A DNA stretch of 35,878 bases from a virus (Duplodnaviria; Heunggongvirae; Uroviricota; Caudoviricetes), in the IMG/VR virus record IMGVR_UViG_2684622775_000005; one strand, 5' to 3'. Positions 1-8,878 of the stretch are shown one piece after another. The position numbers and the translations under genes were made by a program. The first letter of the stretch is position 1. Every line of letters begins with the position of its first letter. Under the pieces are notes generated by a model that did no database searches, had not been told where the DNA came from, and worked only from the letters and a program-made list of their open reading frames with translations.

Positions 1-318
1 ATGAAAAAGATAGCTGCTATATCATTAATTAGTATTTTTATTATGTCTGGTTGTGCTGTGCATAATGATGAGACAAGTATCGGTAAATTTGGTCTTGCAT
101 ATAAAAGTAATATTCAGCGTAAACTCGATAACCAATACTACACCGAAGCCGAAGCTTCTTTAGCCAGGGGCAGAATATCTGGTGCAGAAAATATAGTAAA
201 AAATGATGCAGCCCATTTCTGTGTTACTCAGGGCAAAAAAATGCAGATAGTTGACCTGAAGACAGAAGGTGCAGGATTACATGGCGTCGCTCGTCTGACA
301 TTCAAATGTGGAGAGTGA
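1..318 (+). CDS. small predicted lipoprotein, host-side flank of attL
   Basis: Complete 105-aa ORF; N-terminal hydrophobic signal ending in lipobox-like IMSGC; AT-rich relative to the prophage backbone. Function unknown. Confidence 0.45.
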   Translation: MKKIAAISLISIFIMSGCAVHNDETSIGKFGLAYKSNIQRKLDNQYYTEAEASLARGRISGAENIVKNDAAHFCVTQGKKMQIVDLKTEGAGLHGVARLTFKCGE

Positions 319-382
319 GAATATTTTTTGGTAAGCGTCAAACATGCGCGTTCTGGTTGTGCTTAGCCGGAACCTGTGCGAG

Positions 383-415
383 CACGATGCCGTTACGTGA
401 AAGGCATCGTGCTAT
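383..415. repeat. perfect 11-bp inverted repeat (agcacgatgcc / ggcatcgtgct) with 11-nt loop
   Basis: Read directly in sequence; no flanking T-tract on either strand, so not an obvious intrinsic terminator. Confidence 0.4.
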
Positions 416-476
416 GAAGGGAGATTCTATCGATGTGGTCAATGGAAGACGGTGACCAGGGATAGGGCTTATGCAT

Positions 477-503
477 AAAAAATAAGCCCGTGTAAGGGAG
501 ATT
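477..503. other. attL core (27 bp)
   Basis: AAAAAATAAGCCCGTGTAAGGGAGATT, identical to the copy at 34346-34372; lies just outside the int 3' end. Confidence 0.85.
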
Positions 504-582
504 TAGGGTGTCACCAGTAGGGGCTTTCAACGGTACAATGCGGGTTTGAGCGGCATAAATTACCACTGAAAGCCCTTAAACG

Positions 583-1596
583 TTACTCTACTGTGGACAC
601 TGTGTGGACACTCTCGGCCTCAGTACCACCTCTTAGCGGATTAAGAGAAATGGCGTCCTGAAGGTACTCTGGCGCAAAATGAGCGTAAACCATCGTTTGC
701 TCAATCCGCGTGTGACCTAGTATCCGTTGTAGCGTGATAATACTTCCTCCATTAATCATGAAATGAGTGGCAAAGCTGTGCCTTAGTGCATGTGTGGCTT
801 GCCCCATTGGCAAATCCGGTTTTATTGCTTTCATTGTTCGTCTGAAGCGAGGGTAATCAGCATCAGGGAATAAAAAACCTCGTTTGTTATCCGCGATCAT
901 TTTGGCAACAGACTCTGAGATCGGGACGGTGCGTGGTTTGTTTGTTTTCGTTTTAACAAACGTGACGCGGTTATGGATGATATTTTCTGCTTTCAAACGA
1001 GCTGCTTCTCCCCAACGTGCTCCTGTACTCAGGCAAAGAATCGCAATCTTTTTATTGTCGCCGTCAAGTGCTGCAAGCAGTAAGGCAATTTCTTCCTGTG
1101 TGAGATAGCCTGTTTCTGGTTTTTCCTCCTTAAGCCTCTTTGTCCCTCTGATAGGGTGCTCACCAAAGAATAACTCCGCTTCAATCAGGGCTGTAAACAT
1201 GCCGCTAATACATGTTAAATCACGATTGATACTCGAAGGTTTAATACCCTGACTTCTTCGGGTGGCGCAGTACTGGCTGATAAGGGATTTCGTGATTTGA
1301 AATGCGCATGGGTCATTCGTTATTTTTGTGAAGATTTCAATTTTTCCAAGATTAGATTTCCCATGCTCTTCGTGTTTACCCTTTAAATCCCACCAGATCT
1401 GTGTCAGTTCCGACAGACGTCGTTTGTCTGTTGGTTTTGATAGCCATTCTTTATTGTGGTGGTTGTACAACGTGTATTTCTCGAAAGCGACAGCTTCGCT
1501 TTTCTTATCAAACTTCCTACGGATGCGTTTTCCATTACGTCCAGTAGGGCGGATGTCCACTTCATATCGACCATCATCGAGTTTTTTGATTGCCAT
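583..1596 (-). CDS. int: tyrosine integrase (P2 Int-like, 337 aa)
   Basis: 337-aa ORF next to attL; C-terminal HxxR...Y tyrosine-recombinase signature region (ATHALRHSFATHF...ITLQRILGHTRIEQTMVYAH); matches recalled P2 Int length and N-terminus. Confidence 0.95.
   Translation of the reverse strand: MAIKKLDDGRYEVDIRPTGRNGKRIRRKFDKKSEAVAFEKYTLYNHHNKEWLSKPTDKRRLSELTQIWWDLKGKHEEHGKSNLGKIEIFTKITNDPCAFQITKSLISQYCATRRSQGIKPSSINRDLTCISGMFTALIEAELFFGEHPIRGTKRLKEEKPETGYLTQEEIALLLAALDGDNKKIAILCLSTGARWGEAARLKAENIIHNRVTFVKTKTNKPRTVPISESVAKMIADNKRGFLFPDADYPRFRRTMKAIKPDLPMGQATHALRHSFATHFMINGGSIITLQRILGHTRIEQTMVYAHFAPEYLQDAISLNPLRGGTEAESVHTVSTVE
593..611. repeat. two direct repeats TGTGGACAC (P' arm, inside int 3' end); candidate Int arm-type sites
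   Basis: Seen directly; a similar TGTGG(T/A)C direct-repeat pair is found in the opposite arm at 34287-34308. Confidence 0.5.
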
Positions 1597-1711
1597 CAGA
1601 AAACCCTCCGAGTGGTGTGTTTTTTTGCGACTACTAATCGCTTTTTTCGTGGTGGCTGAAATTTAGCCACCAATAGTAGGCACTTGTAATGAATATATTC
1701 ACGATGAATTG

Positions 1712-2011
1712 TTAACCAGTCTTTTGACCGGAGTGGGGCGACGTTGTTTCGTTTTGCCCAAAGTGTGCGAGAGCGGGCGCAATTTGCCCGGACTCAGGAG
1801 CGATCTGATTGGTCATGAACCATAAAGTGTATTTGGTGAATTGTGGGGTCTGCAGGATGTTCATCATGACATCTGTTGGAGGTGTTGAACGACCACTTTC
1901 ATAGTAACTCAGCGTGCCATACGGAACCCCTGTTAAATCAGCAAGTTGTTGTCTGCTCAAATACTCTGATTTTCGCATTAAGACTATCTTCTCGCTTATC
2001 GTGTTTGACAT
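1712..2011 (-). CDS. C: immunity repressor C (99 aa)
   Basis: 99-aa ORF divergent from cox and upstream of int; HTH-like segment (LSRQQLADLTGVPYGTLSYYE); matches recalled P2 C. Confidence 0.9.
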   Translation of the reverse strand: MSNTISEKIVLMRKSEYLSRQQLADLTGVPYGTLSYYESGRSTPPTDVMMNILQTPQFTKYTLWFMTNQIAPESGQIAPALAHFGQNETTSPHSGQKTG

Positions 2012-2046
2012 GGTGTTTAGATCTCAATAGTATTTGGTTTAGATGT
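2005..2046 (+). promoter_or_regulatory. early promoter Pe with flanking operator direct repeats
   Basis: TTGACA (2005-2010), 17-bp spacer, TAGTAT (2028-2033); direct repeats TTTAGATCT (2016-2024) and TTTAGATGT (2038-2046) flank the -10, 22 bp apart, as expected for the P2 C operator. A possible leftward Pc -10 (TATAAT on the minus strand, about 2083-2088) would give face-to-face promoters; that part is low confidence. Confidence 0.55.
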
Positions 2047-2125
2047 AGATTGTTTAGTGCTTGGATGTGGGCACTAAAAGGCATTATAAGGCATTAAACG
2101 CAATTCATGAGGGCTGGAGGACGAC

Positions 2126-2401
2126 ATGAGCAAGCAAGTAACACTCATGACTGATGCGATTCCTTATCAGGAGTTCGCAAAACTAATAGGAAAATCGACA
2201 GGAGCGGTTCGTCGGATGATCGATAAAGGAAAGCTGCCTGTAATTGATATGACCGATCCACAATCAGCTTCAGGTCGTGCAGGTGAATATTGGGTATACC
2301 TTCCGGCATGGAATAACGGACTAAAACTGGCTTATGAAAGCCGCCCTAAAGAGATTCGTGACGGCTGGTTGATGTGGTTAGGTCTCGGTGAACCACGTTA
2401 A
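2126..2401 (+). CDS. cox: Cox (excisionase / repressor of Pc, 91 aa)
   Basis: First gene of the rightward early operon, 91 aa, HTH-like; matches recalled P2 Cox. Confidence 0.9.
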   Translation: MSKQVTLMTDAIPYQEFAKLIGKSTGAVRRMIDKGKLPVIDMTDPQSASGRAGEYWVYLPAWNNGLKLAYESRPKEIRDGWLMWLGLGEPR

Positions 2402-2582
2402 GGAGAACCGTATGAATGAGCCGCGTTGTATTGCTCAGTTATTGCGTAACGAAAGCCCCAGGGCGATTGACTTCACCATCACCCACGGGAAGGGACGCAA
2501 GGGAATCATTATCCGCACCAAAAAACAGAGTCCGTTAAAAAAGGCTCTGACCTTTCTGAAAAGCCGGAGGGTCTGGAAATGA
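2388..2582 (+). CDS. small early protein (P2 orf78 position)
   Basis: 64-aa ORF overlapping the cox stop; position-based call only. Confidence 0.5.
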   Translation: MNHVKENRMNEPRCIAQLLRNESPRAIDFTITHGKGRKGIIIRTKKQSPLKKALTFLKSRRVWK

Positions 2583-3079
2583 CAGTGATGACGCTCAATC
2601 TCGTTGAAAAACAGCCAGCAGCTATGCGCCGGATAATTGGCAAGCATCTTGCCGTCCCTCGCTGGCAGGATACATGTGATTATTATAATCAGATGATGGA
2701 ACGCGAACGGCTAACGGTTTGCTTCCATGCGCAGTTAAAACAGCGTCACGCAACGATGCGTTTTGAAGAAATGAACGACGTCGAACGTGAACGGCTGGTT
2801 TGTGCAATTGATGAATTGCGTGGGGCATTCTCAAAACGCCGTCAGGTTGGCGCAAGTGAGTATGCATATATTAGTTTTTTAACAGTCAGTCAGCGTCGTA
2901 CTTTATTTATGCATGCCGGATTGACTGAAAAAGAATTCAACCAGCCATACTGGCGAATTAATGAAGAATCATGTTACTGGCGTGATGCTTTATTCCGTGC
3001 ATTACGTGAATTATTCAGCCTGTTTGAGTATGCACCGACAATTCTGACGTCGGTAAAACCAGAGCAATATCTGCATTAA
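2579..3079 (+). CDS. B: replication protein B (helicase-loader type, 166 aa)
   Basis: 166-aa ORF at the P2 B position with start overlapping the upstream stop. Confidence 0.85.
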   Translation: MTVMTLNLVEKQPAAMRRIIGKHLAVPRWQDTCDYYNQMMERERLTVCFHAQLKQRHATMRFEEMNDVERERLVCAIDELRGAFSKRRQVGASEYAYISFLTVSQRRTLFMHAGLTEKEFNQPYWRINEESCYWRDALFRALRELFSLFEYAPTILTSVKPEQYLH

Positions 3080-3142
3080 GTAATTAACCAGAGTTTTTAA
3101 CGCACTTAATCGTGCGGGGCTTCTTTTTGCCTGGAGAAAGTC

Positions 3143-3367
3143 ATGCATACAGTTTCTGAAAATCAGTGCGGTAAATACGCATTACTGCTGCAACAGGCCA
3201 GAACCGAAGCACAGGCCGACGCAGCGACGCGCTTTTCTTCTCATCTTGACGCCATGATTCGCCACATCACAAAGGCGGAGTTATCCCGCGTGGAGATAGT
3301 CGAGCTGCTCAGTCAGGAGTCGGAAAAATTTCACAATATCGGATTGTCTCGCGGGGAGGTGCTTTGA
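3143..3367 (+). CDS. early protein (P2 orf80 position)
   Basis: 74-aa ORF in the early operon. Confidence 0.6.
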   Translation: MHTVSENQCGKYALLLQQARTEAQADAATRFSSHLDAMIRHITKAELSRVEIVELLSQESEKFHNIGLSRGEVL

Positions 3368-3669
3368 TGTCCTGTTCTCGTTCAGTTGTATTACTGAATA
3401 ACGCCTTAAAAATCGCCGTTATGAAAAATGGCGATTTATCTCTTATTCAACTTGGTCTTGATAAAGAAAAACGCGAAATAACTGAGTCTGTTATCGCGAT
3501 TTATCAGAACGAATTAAATCTCCTGTCTGATGTGGTCAATTTACTTGTTAAACGCGCTGTATTTCACAAGAAAATCTCCTCCGTGGATGAACTGACAAAA
3601 TTAACGACAGAAATTGCCAGCTATTGCGCTGATGAATTTAAAAAACTTAACGACAAAAGGAGCTGGTAA
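3364..3669 (+). CDS. early protein (P2 orf81 position)
   Basis: 101-aa ORF, translationally coupled (ATGA overlap). Confidence 0.6.
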   Translation: MMSCSRSVVLLNNALKIAVMKNGDLSLIQLGLDKEKREITESVIAIYQNELNLLSDVVNLLVKRAVFHKKISSVDELTKLTTEIASYCADEFKKLNDKRSW

Positions 3670-3893
3670 TGCCGGACAACGTAGATTTTATTCAGGAACA
3701 ACAGGCTGAATTACTGGAGCGTCAGATTAACGCGGCAAGGGTAAAACATTGCGGTGCTTCTGCGCTGGTTTGCGAAGAGTGTGACGCGCCAATACCTGCT
3801 GCCCGTCGTGCGGCTTATCCGTCAGCCACGCGTTGTGTTTCCTGTCAGTCAGTCTTTGAAGCAAAAAACAAACATTACCGGAGAACGGCATGA
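3669..3893 (+). CDS. C4 zinc-finger protein, TraR/DksA-like (P2 orf82 position)
   Basis: 74 aa with CEEC...(17)...CVSC four-cysteine motif. Confidence 0.65.
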   Translation: MPDNVDFIQEQQAELLERQINAARVKHCGASALVCEECDAPIPAARRAAYPSATRCVSCQSVFEAKNKHYRRTA

Positions 3894-4165
3894 GTATTCG
3901 TATTGAAATTGGCGAACGTTATGTCGTTACCAGTGACAGCTTTCAGTTTATTCTCCACGAGAAAAAGAGAGCGGAAAGCGGTAAAAACGCCGGTCAGGAA
4001 TGGCTGGCGGTGGTTGGTTATTACCCGAAATTAAGCCAGCTCGTTTCCGGCCTGATGCATCACGATATTCTGACCGGAAGCGCAAAATCTTTTGCTGATT
4101 TAAACGCGCAGGTTGAGCAACTCAGCAAGCGTTGTTCAGAGGCTTTTGGCTCACATGGACGTTAA
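3890..4165 (+). CDS. early protein (P2 orf83 position)
   Basis: 91-aa ORF, coupled to neighbours. Confidence 0.6.
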   Translation: MSIRIEIGERYVVTSDSFQFILHEKKRAESGKNAGQEWLAVVGYYPKLSQLVSGLMHHDILTGSAKSFADLNAQVEQLSKRCSEAFGSHGR

Positions 4166-6443
4166 AGCCTCCGGGCGTTTTGTCCCTCCGTCAGCATTTG
4201 CCGCAGGCACCGGTAAGACGTTTACCGGTGCTTATGCATGGAACGCGCCACGCGAGGCCGTCGGGCGCGAAAGACCCCTTACACGTGACGAGATGCGTCA
4301 GGTGCAAGGTGTTTTATCCACGATTAACCGCCTGCCTTACTTTTTGCGTTCGCTGTTTACTTCACGCTATGACTACATCCGGCGCAATAAAAGCCCGGTG
4401 CACGGGTTTTATTTCCTCACATCCACTTTTCAGCGTCGTTTATGGCCGCGCATTGAGCGCGTGAATCAGCGCCATGAAATGAACACCGACGCGTCGTTGC
4501 TGTTTCTGGCAGAGCGTGACCACTATGCGCGCCTGCCTGGAATGAATGACAAGGAGCTGAAAAAGTTTGCCGCCCGTATCTCATCGCAGCTTTTCATGAT
4601 GTATGAGGAACTCTGCGATGCATGGGTTGATGCGCATGGTGAAAAAGAATCGCTGTTTACGGATGAGGCGCAGGCTCACCTGTATGGTCATGTTGCTGGC
4701 GCTGCACGTGCTTTCAATATTTCCCCGCTCTACTGGAAAAAATACAGTAAAGGACAGATGACCACGAGGCAGGCATATTCTGCCATTGCCCGTCTGTTTA
4801 ACGATGAGTGGTGGATTAGTCAGCTTAAAGGCCAGCGTATGCGCTGGCATGAGGCGTTACTGATTGCTGTCGGGGAGGTCAATAAAGACCGTTCTCCTTA
4901 TGCCAGTAAACATGCCATTCGTGATGTGCGTGCGCGCCGCCAGGCAAATCTGGAATTTCTTAAATCGTGTGACCTTGAAAACAGGGAAACCGGCGAGCGT
5001 ATCGACCTTATCAGTAAGGTGATGGGCAGTATTTCTAATCCAGAAATTCGCCGGATGGAGCTGATGAACACCATTGCCGGTATTGAGCGTTACGCCGCCG
5101 CAGAGGGTGATTTGGGGATGTTTATCACGCTGACCGCGCCGTCAAAGTATCATCCGACACGTCAGGTCGGAAAAGGCGAAAGTAAAACCGTTCAGCTTAA
5201 TCACGGCTGGAACGATGAGGCATTTAATCCAAAGGATGCGCAGCGTTATCTCTGCCGTATCTGGAGCCTGATGCGCACGGCATTCAAGGATAATGATTTA
5301 CAGGTCTACGGTTTGCGTGTCGTCGAGCCACACCACGACGGAACGCCGCACTGGCATATGATGCTTTTTTGTCATCCACGCCAGCGTAACCAGATTATCG
5401 AAATCATGCGTCGCTATGCGCTCAAAGAGGATGGCGACGAAAGAGGAGCCGCGCGAAACCGTTTTCAGGCAAAACACCTTAACCGGGGCGGTGCTGCGGG
5501 GTATATCGCGAAATACATCTCAAAAAATATCGACGGCTATGCACTGGATGGGCAGCTCGATAACGATACCGGCAGACCGCTGAAAGATACTGCCGCGGCT
5601 GTTACCGCATGGGCGTCAACGTGGCGCATTCCGCAATTTAAAACGGTTGGCCTGCCGACAATGGGGGCTTACCGTGAACTACGCAAATTGCCTCGCGGCG
5701 TCAGCATTGCTGATGAGTTTGACGAGCGCGTCGAGGCTGCACGCGCCGCCGCAGACAGTGGTGATTTTGCGCTGTATATCAGCGCGCAGGGTGGGGCAAA
5801 TGTCCCGCGCGATTGCCAGACTGTCAGGGTTGCCCGTAGCCCGTCGGATGACGTTAACGAGTACGAGGAAGAAGTCGAGAGAGTGGTCGGCATTTACGCG
5901 CCGCATCTCGGCGCGCGTCATATTCATATCACCAGAACGACGGACTGGCGCATTGTTCCGAAAGTGCCGGTCGTTGAGCCTTTGACTTTAAAAAGCGGCA
6001 TCGCCGCGCCTCGGAGTCCTGTCAATAACTGTGGAAAGCCTGCCAGCAGTGATACTTCGTTACTGGCTCCCACGCCTTCTGAACACGCCGCAGCAGTGCT
6101 TAATCTGGTAGATGACGGTGTTATCGAATGGAATGACCCGGAGGTCGTGAGGGCGCTAAGGGGCGCATTAAAACACGACCTAAGAACGCCAAATCGTCAG
6201 CAAAGAAACGGAAGCCCGTTAAAACCGCATGAGATAGCGCCATCGGCCAGACTGACTAGGTCGGAACGAATGCAAATTACCCGTATCCGCGTTGACCTCG
6301 CTCAGAACGGTATCAGGCCGCAGCGATGGGAGCTTGAGGCGCTGGCGCGTGGCGCGACGGTAAAGTTTGACGGACGAAAGTTTATATATCCAATAAGTGG
6401 TGAGTGGAAGCAGTTTTTTAGTGGCTTTGATCTTTTTAAGTAA
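4155..6443 (+). CDS. A: replication initiator A (rolling-circle nickase; ori expected inside the gene)
   Basis: Long ORF at the P2 A position; contains HUH-like motif (EPHHDGTPHWHMMLF) and tyrosine-containing YIAKYISK. ATG at 4155 chosen; the ORF track extends to a TTG at 4113. Confidence 0.9.
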   Translation: MDVKASGRFVPPSAFAAGTGKTFTGAYAWNAPREAVGRERPLTRDEMRQVQGVLSTINRLPYFLRSLFTSRYDYIRRNKSPVHGFYFLTSTFQRRLWPRIERVNQRHEMNTDASLLFLAERDHYARLPGMNDKELKKFAARISSQLFMMYEELCDAWVDAHGEKESLFTDEAQAHLYGHVAGAARAFNISPLYWKKYSKGQMTTRQAYSAIARLFNDEWWISQLKGQRMRWHEALLIAVGEVNKDRSPYASKHAIRDVRARRQANLEFLKSCDLENRETGERIDLISKVMGSISNPEIRRMELMNTIAGIERYAAAEGDLGMFITLTAPSKYHPTRQVGKGESKTVQLNHGWNDEAFNPKDAQRYLCRIWSLMRTAFKDNDLQVYGLRVVEPHHDGTPHWHMMLFCHPRQRNQIIEIMRRYALKEDGDERGAARNRFQAKHLNRGGAAGYIAKYISKNIDGYALDGQLDNDTGRPLKDTAAAVTAWASTWRIPQFKTVGLPTMGAYRELRKLPRGVSIADEFDERVEAARAAADSGDFALYISAQGGANVPRDCQTVRVARSPSDDVNEYEEEVERVVGIYAPHLGARHIHITRTTDWRIVPKVPVVEPLTLKSGIAAPRSPVNNCGKPASSDTSLLAPTPSEHAAAVLNLVDDGVIEWNDPEVVRALRGALKHDLRTPNRQQRNGSPLKPHEIAPSARLTRSERMQITRIRVDLAQNGIRPQRWELEALARGATVKFDGRKFIYPISGEWKQFFSGFDLFK

Positions 6444-6670
6444 TTGTCTTAGAATACCCACGTTACCGCTTGGGAAATCTACCTAGCAATGCTCTTAGTA
6501 TTAGCTTTATACAAAGGGTATAAAGGCTGCCATTGGCAACAATGGTGCCAGCATGGAGATAATCTCATGTTAAGGTTAGTGAATGTACGACAGTACAACC
6601 GCTACCGCTTTGGGCGCTGGGAGACGGTGCGTAAGCACCGTCGTTCTTACCCGAATCGGTAATATGCGGC

Positions 6671-8878
6671 CTAAGCGGTAACATTTACCTCTTCTTCACC
6701 CATCATTGTTAAGTAATGTTTCTCATCACCAGTCATTCTGAATATTTTGTGCAAGAGTTCTAAGTATTTCTCAGGTTCAATATCGCCCATATCTGTTATG
6801 TTTATTGCGTCGGAGTGAGAGCCTCTGTTTATATATCTGTAAAAGGCACGGAAATGGCTGTTATTTTCATCATTTGTTAATTCAGTAAGCTTTGCCTCTA
6901 ATGCGTCAGTTCTATGAACAAATGCAAAGTAATACTCAAGTATATTTCTCATAATATTGGGGATTATTATTTTGTTGATTTTTTTCTCTTTTGCATCTTT
7001 TAATACTTGCCAAAGGGATTGGTATTCATTTTGCACACTTTTTTTATCTATAGCACTAATGGTGCTAAATTCATTTTTGTTTATTCTGCCAAGAAAGTAG
7101 TCACGTTTAAAATTTATTCCTTTTTTAGAGGCGAGTTTTATTAACTCATGGAAGAAATAAAGATTATGGGTGAGGATTATTATTTTTGATGAAATGCCTT
7201 TTTCAATTATGTCATGATGGATCATGGATGCTATGTCGAAAACATAGTTTTGAGATAAACTTGATATAGGATCATCTATAACTATGAGTTTATCACGCAT
7301 ATCAGTATCATTTTCATTTGTTTTACCCTTGCAACATTCTAAAAAATATAGAAACGTTATTAATGTTTTTTCACCTTCGCTTAATGACCGATATACATCT
7401 TGTTTTCTATTGTTTCCATCGCGGGATATTATATACTTATCTTTGAGTTCGGCGTGTTTATCAATGCTAAAACCAGAGATGCCAAGAAATTTAAGTCGTG
7501 AGTTTATTGCATCTATTGTTGCATCTACACTTGATGTTTTATTTCTTGGTTCATTGATTTCATTTGTGTTGATCTCTTCTTTTCTTTTTATTTCCTGCAT
7601 GAAGGATGCAGCGTTTTCATATTTTTCTTGAAAGTTTCTTTCGCAGTCTGATAGTATTTCAAATTCCGCGCTACATAAGTCTCTGATTGCTGCCCACATC
7701 TTTTCGCGAATATCTATTTCGCTATTATTAAATCTTTTTACTTTGTCATTGAACTCGTTAATTTTATTGTTGTATTGTTCTATATCTTCTAATAGTTTTT
7801 CCTCTATCGACTTTTCAAACTCCAGCACAATGCTTATAGATGGATTCTCTATTTTATTATCCAATAGTTTAATGTTTTTTTCTGCAATAGTTTCTAATGC
7901 CTTAACATATGAAAGACTTTTATCTTTTTCGTCTTGGTTTATCACCTCACATGATAAAATGTTACTCTTTATTTCTTCATGATGATTTTTAATGGCATTA
8001 TCATAAGATAGTTTTATTTGTTGTATTTGATCTACTTTTCTTGAGTATGTTTCATCAAAGATAGATTCAATGGCTTTAATAAAATTATCATCTATTGTGT
8101 CCCTTTGGCAAAATGGACAAATTTCTCCATTTAAATATAGCTCTTTGCCTTGTTTAATCCAATCAATATTTTGTAGCTCTTTTATTGCTTCAGATAAATA
8201 GCTGTTGCTAGAGTCAATAATTGGTGTGGATAATGTTTTTTGAGTTTCTTCAGATAAAACATATCCTTTATAAGGAGTTATCAGAGGTATTTCTTTTCCT
8301 TTAAACTCGAGAAGTTTGCTATAAGATTGTATTAATGATTTTATATCAATATCAGTTTGTGGAGTATACTTTTTTAGATGGTAATAGAAAGTGGCTTTGC
8401 TTCCTATTTGACCTTTCATTAATTGTTTTAATTCTGAACTTCTTATGTCTTTGGTCTTATTCCATATGGAATTTATGCATTCTTGCTCTTTTTTGTTTTT
8501 CGCTTCATGGAGTTTTTCGATAAATTCTTTTTTTTCTTTATGCTGATGTGCTAGTGATTTGTTTAGCTCTTCTTTTTCAGATAGTATTTTTTCAATTTCT
8601 GCATTTTTTTGACTGAGGGTAAATATACCTTTTTGCTCTTTTGCATTATAAAAATTATCTTCTATATATTTTGAGTTGTAGACTAGGGTTCGATAATTAT
8701 CGATGGGTTCGCATACACATTCCTTATAGGCGGTGTCTTTAGGATTGTAAAAATAATTTGATATGGTAGATTTTCCACAACCATTTTGTCCATACAATAT
8801 GTTTATTTTTTTGGATAAATCTAACTCAGTAAAATATTCTTTATGATAGCTTGTTACGTTTTTGAGTTTTAATTTCAT
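6671..8878 (-). CDS. cargo gene at the tin/old position: RloC/PrrC-like (AAA_13-type) ATPase with CPFC hook motif and possible C-terminal nuclease; candidate abortive-infection protein
   Basis: 735 aa, strongly AT-rich. Walker A GQNGCGKST near the N-terminus; Lys/Glu-rich coiled-coil-like insert containing CPFC; ABC-signature-like LSEGEKT; Walker B KLIVIDDP; H-loop-like IIILTHN; C-terminal RNILE...H arrangement. Shine-Dalgarno AGAGGG upstream of the ATG. Family assignment is from motif recognition, not a search. Confidence 0.8.
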   Translation of the reverse strand: MKLKLKNVTSYHKEYFTELDLSKKINILYGQNGCGKSTISNYFYNPKDTAYKECVCEPIDNYRTLVYNSKYIEDNFYNAKEQKGIFTLSQKNAEIEKILSEKEELNKSLAHQHKEKKEFIEKLHEAKNKKEQECINSIWNKTKDIRSSELKQLMKGQIGSKATFYYHLKKYTPQTDIDIKSLIQSYSKLLEFKGKEIPLITPYKGYVLSEETQKTLSTPIIDSSNSYLSEAIKELQNIDWIKQGKELYLNGEICPFCQRDTIDDNFIKAIESIFDETYSRKVDQIQQIKLSYDNAIKNHHEEIKSNILSCEVINQDEKDKSLSYVKALETIAEKNIKLLDNKIENPSISIVLEFEKSIEEKLLEDIEQYNNKINEFNDKVKRFNNSEIDIREKMWAAIRDLCSAEFEILSDCERNFQEKYENAASFMQEIKRKEEINTNEINEPRNKTSSVDATIDAINSRLKFLGISGFSIDKHAELKDKYIISRDGNNRKQDVYRSLSEGEKTLITFLYFLECCKGKTNENDTDMRDKLIVIDDPISSLSQNYVFDIASMIHHDIIEKGISSKIIILTHNLYFFHELIKLASKKGINFKRDYFLGRINKNEFSTISAIDKKSVQNEYQSLWQVLKDAKEKKINKIIIPNIMRNILEYYFAFVHRTDALEAKLTELTNDENNSHFRAFYRYINRGSHSDAINITDMGDIEPEKYLELLHKIFRMTGDEKHYLTMMGEEEVNVTA

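Noticed and set aside
6671-8878. Reading the 735-aa cargo protein as a P2 Old homologue or a Gabija GajA-like (OLD-family) ATPase-nuclease
   Set aside because: OLD-family proteins pair the ATPase with a C-terminal TOPRIM domain carrying a DxD motif; no DxD or TOPRIM-like pattern is seen in the C-terminal 150 aa, and the CPFC-containing insert fits the RloC/PrrC-type family better. This is not verified by search.
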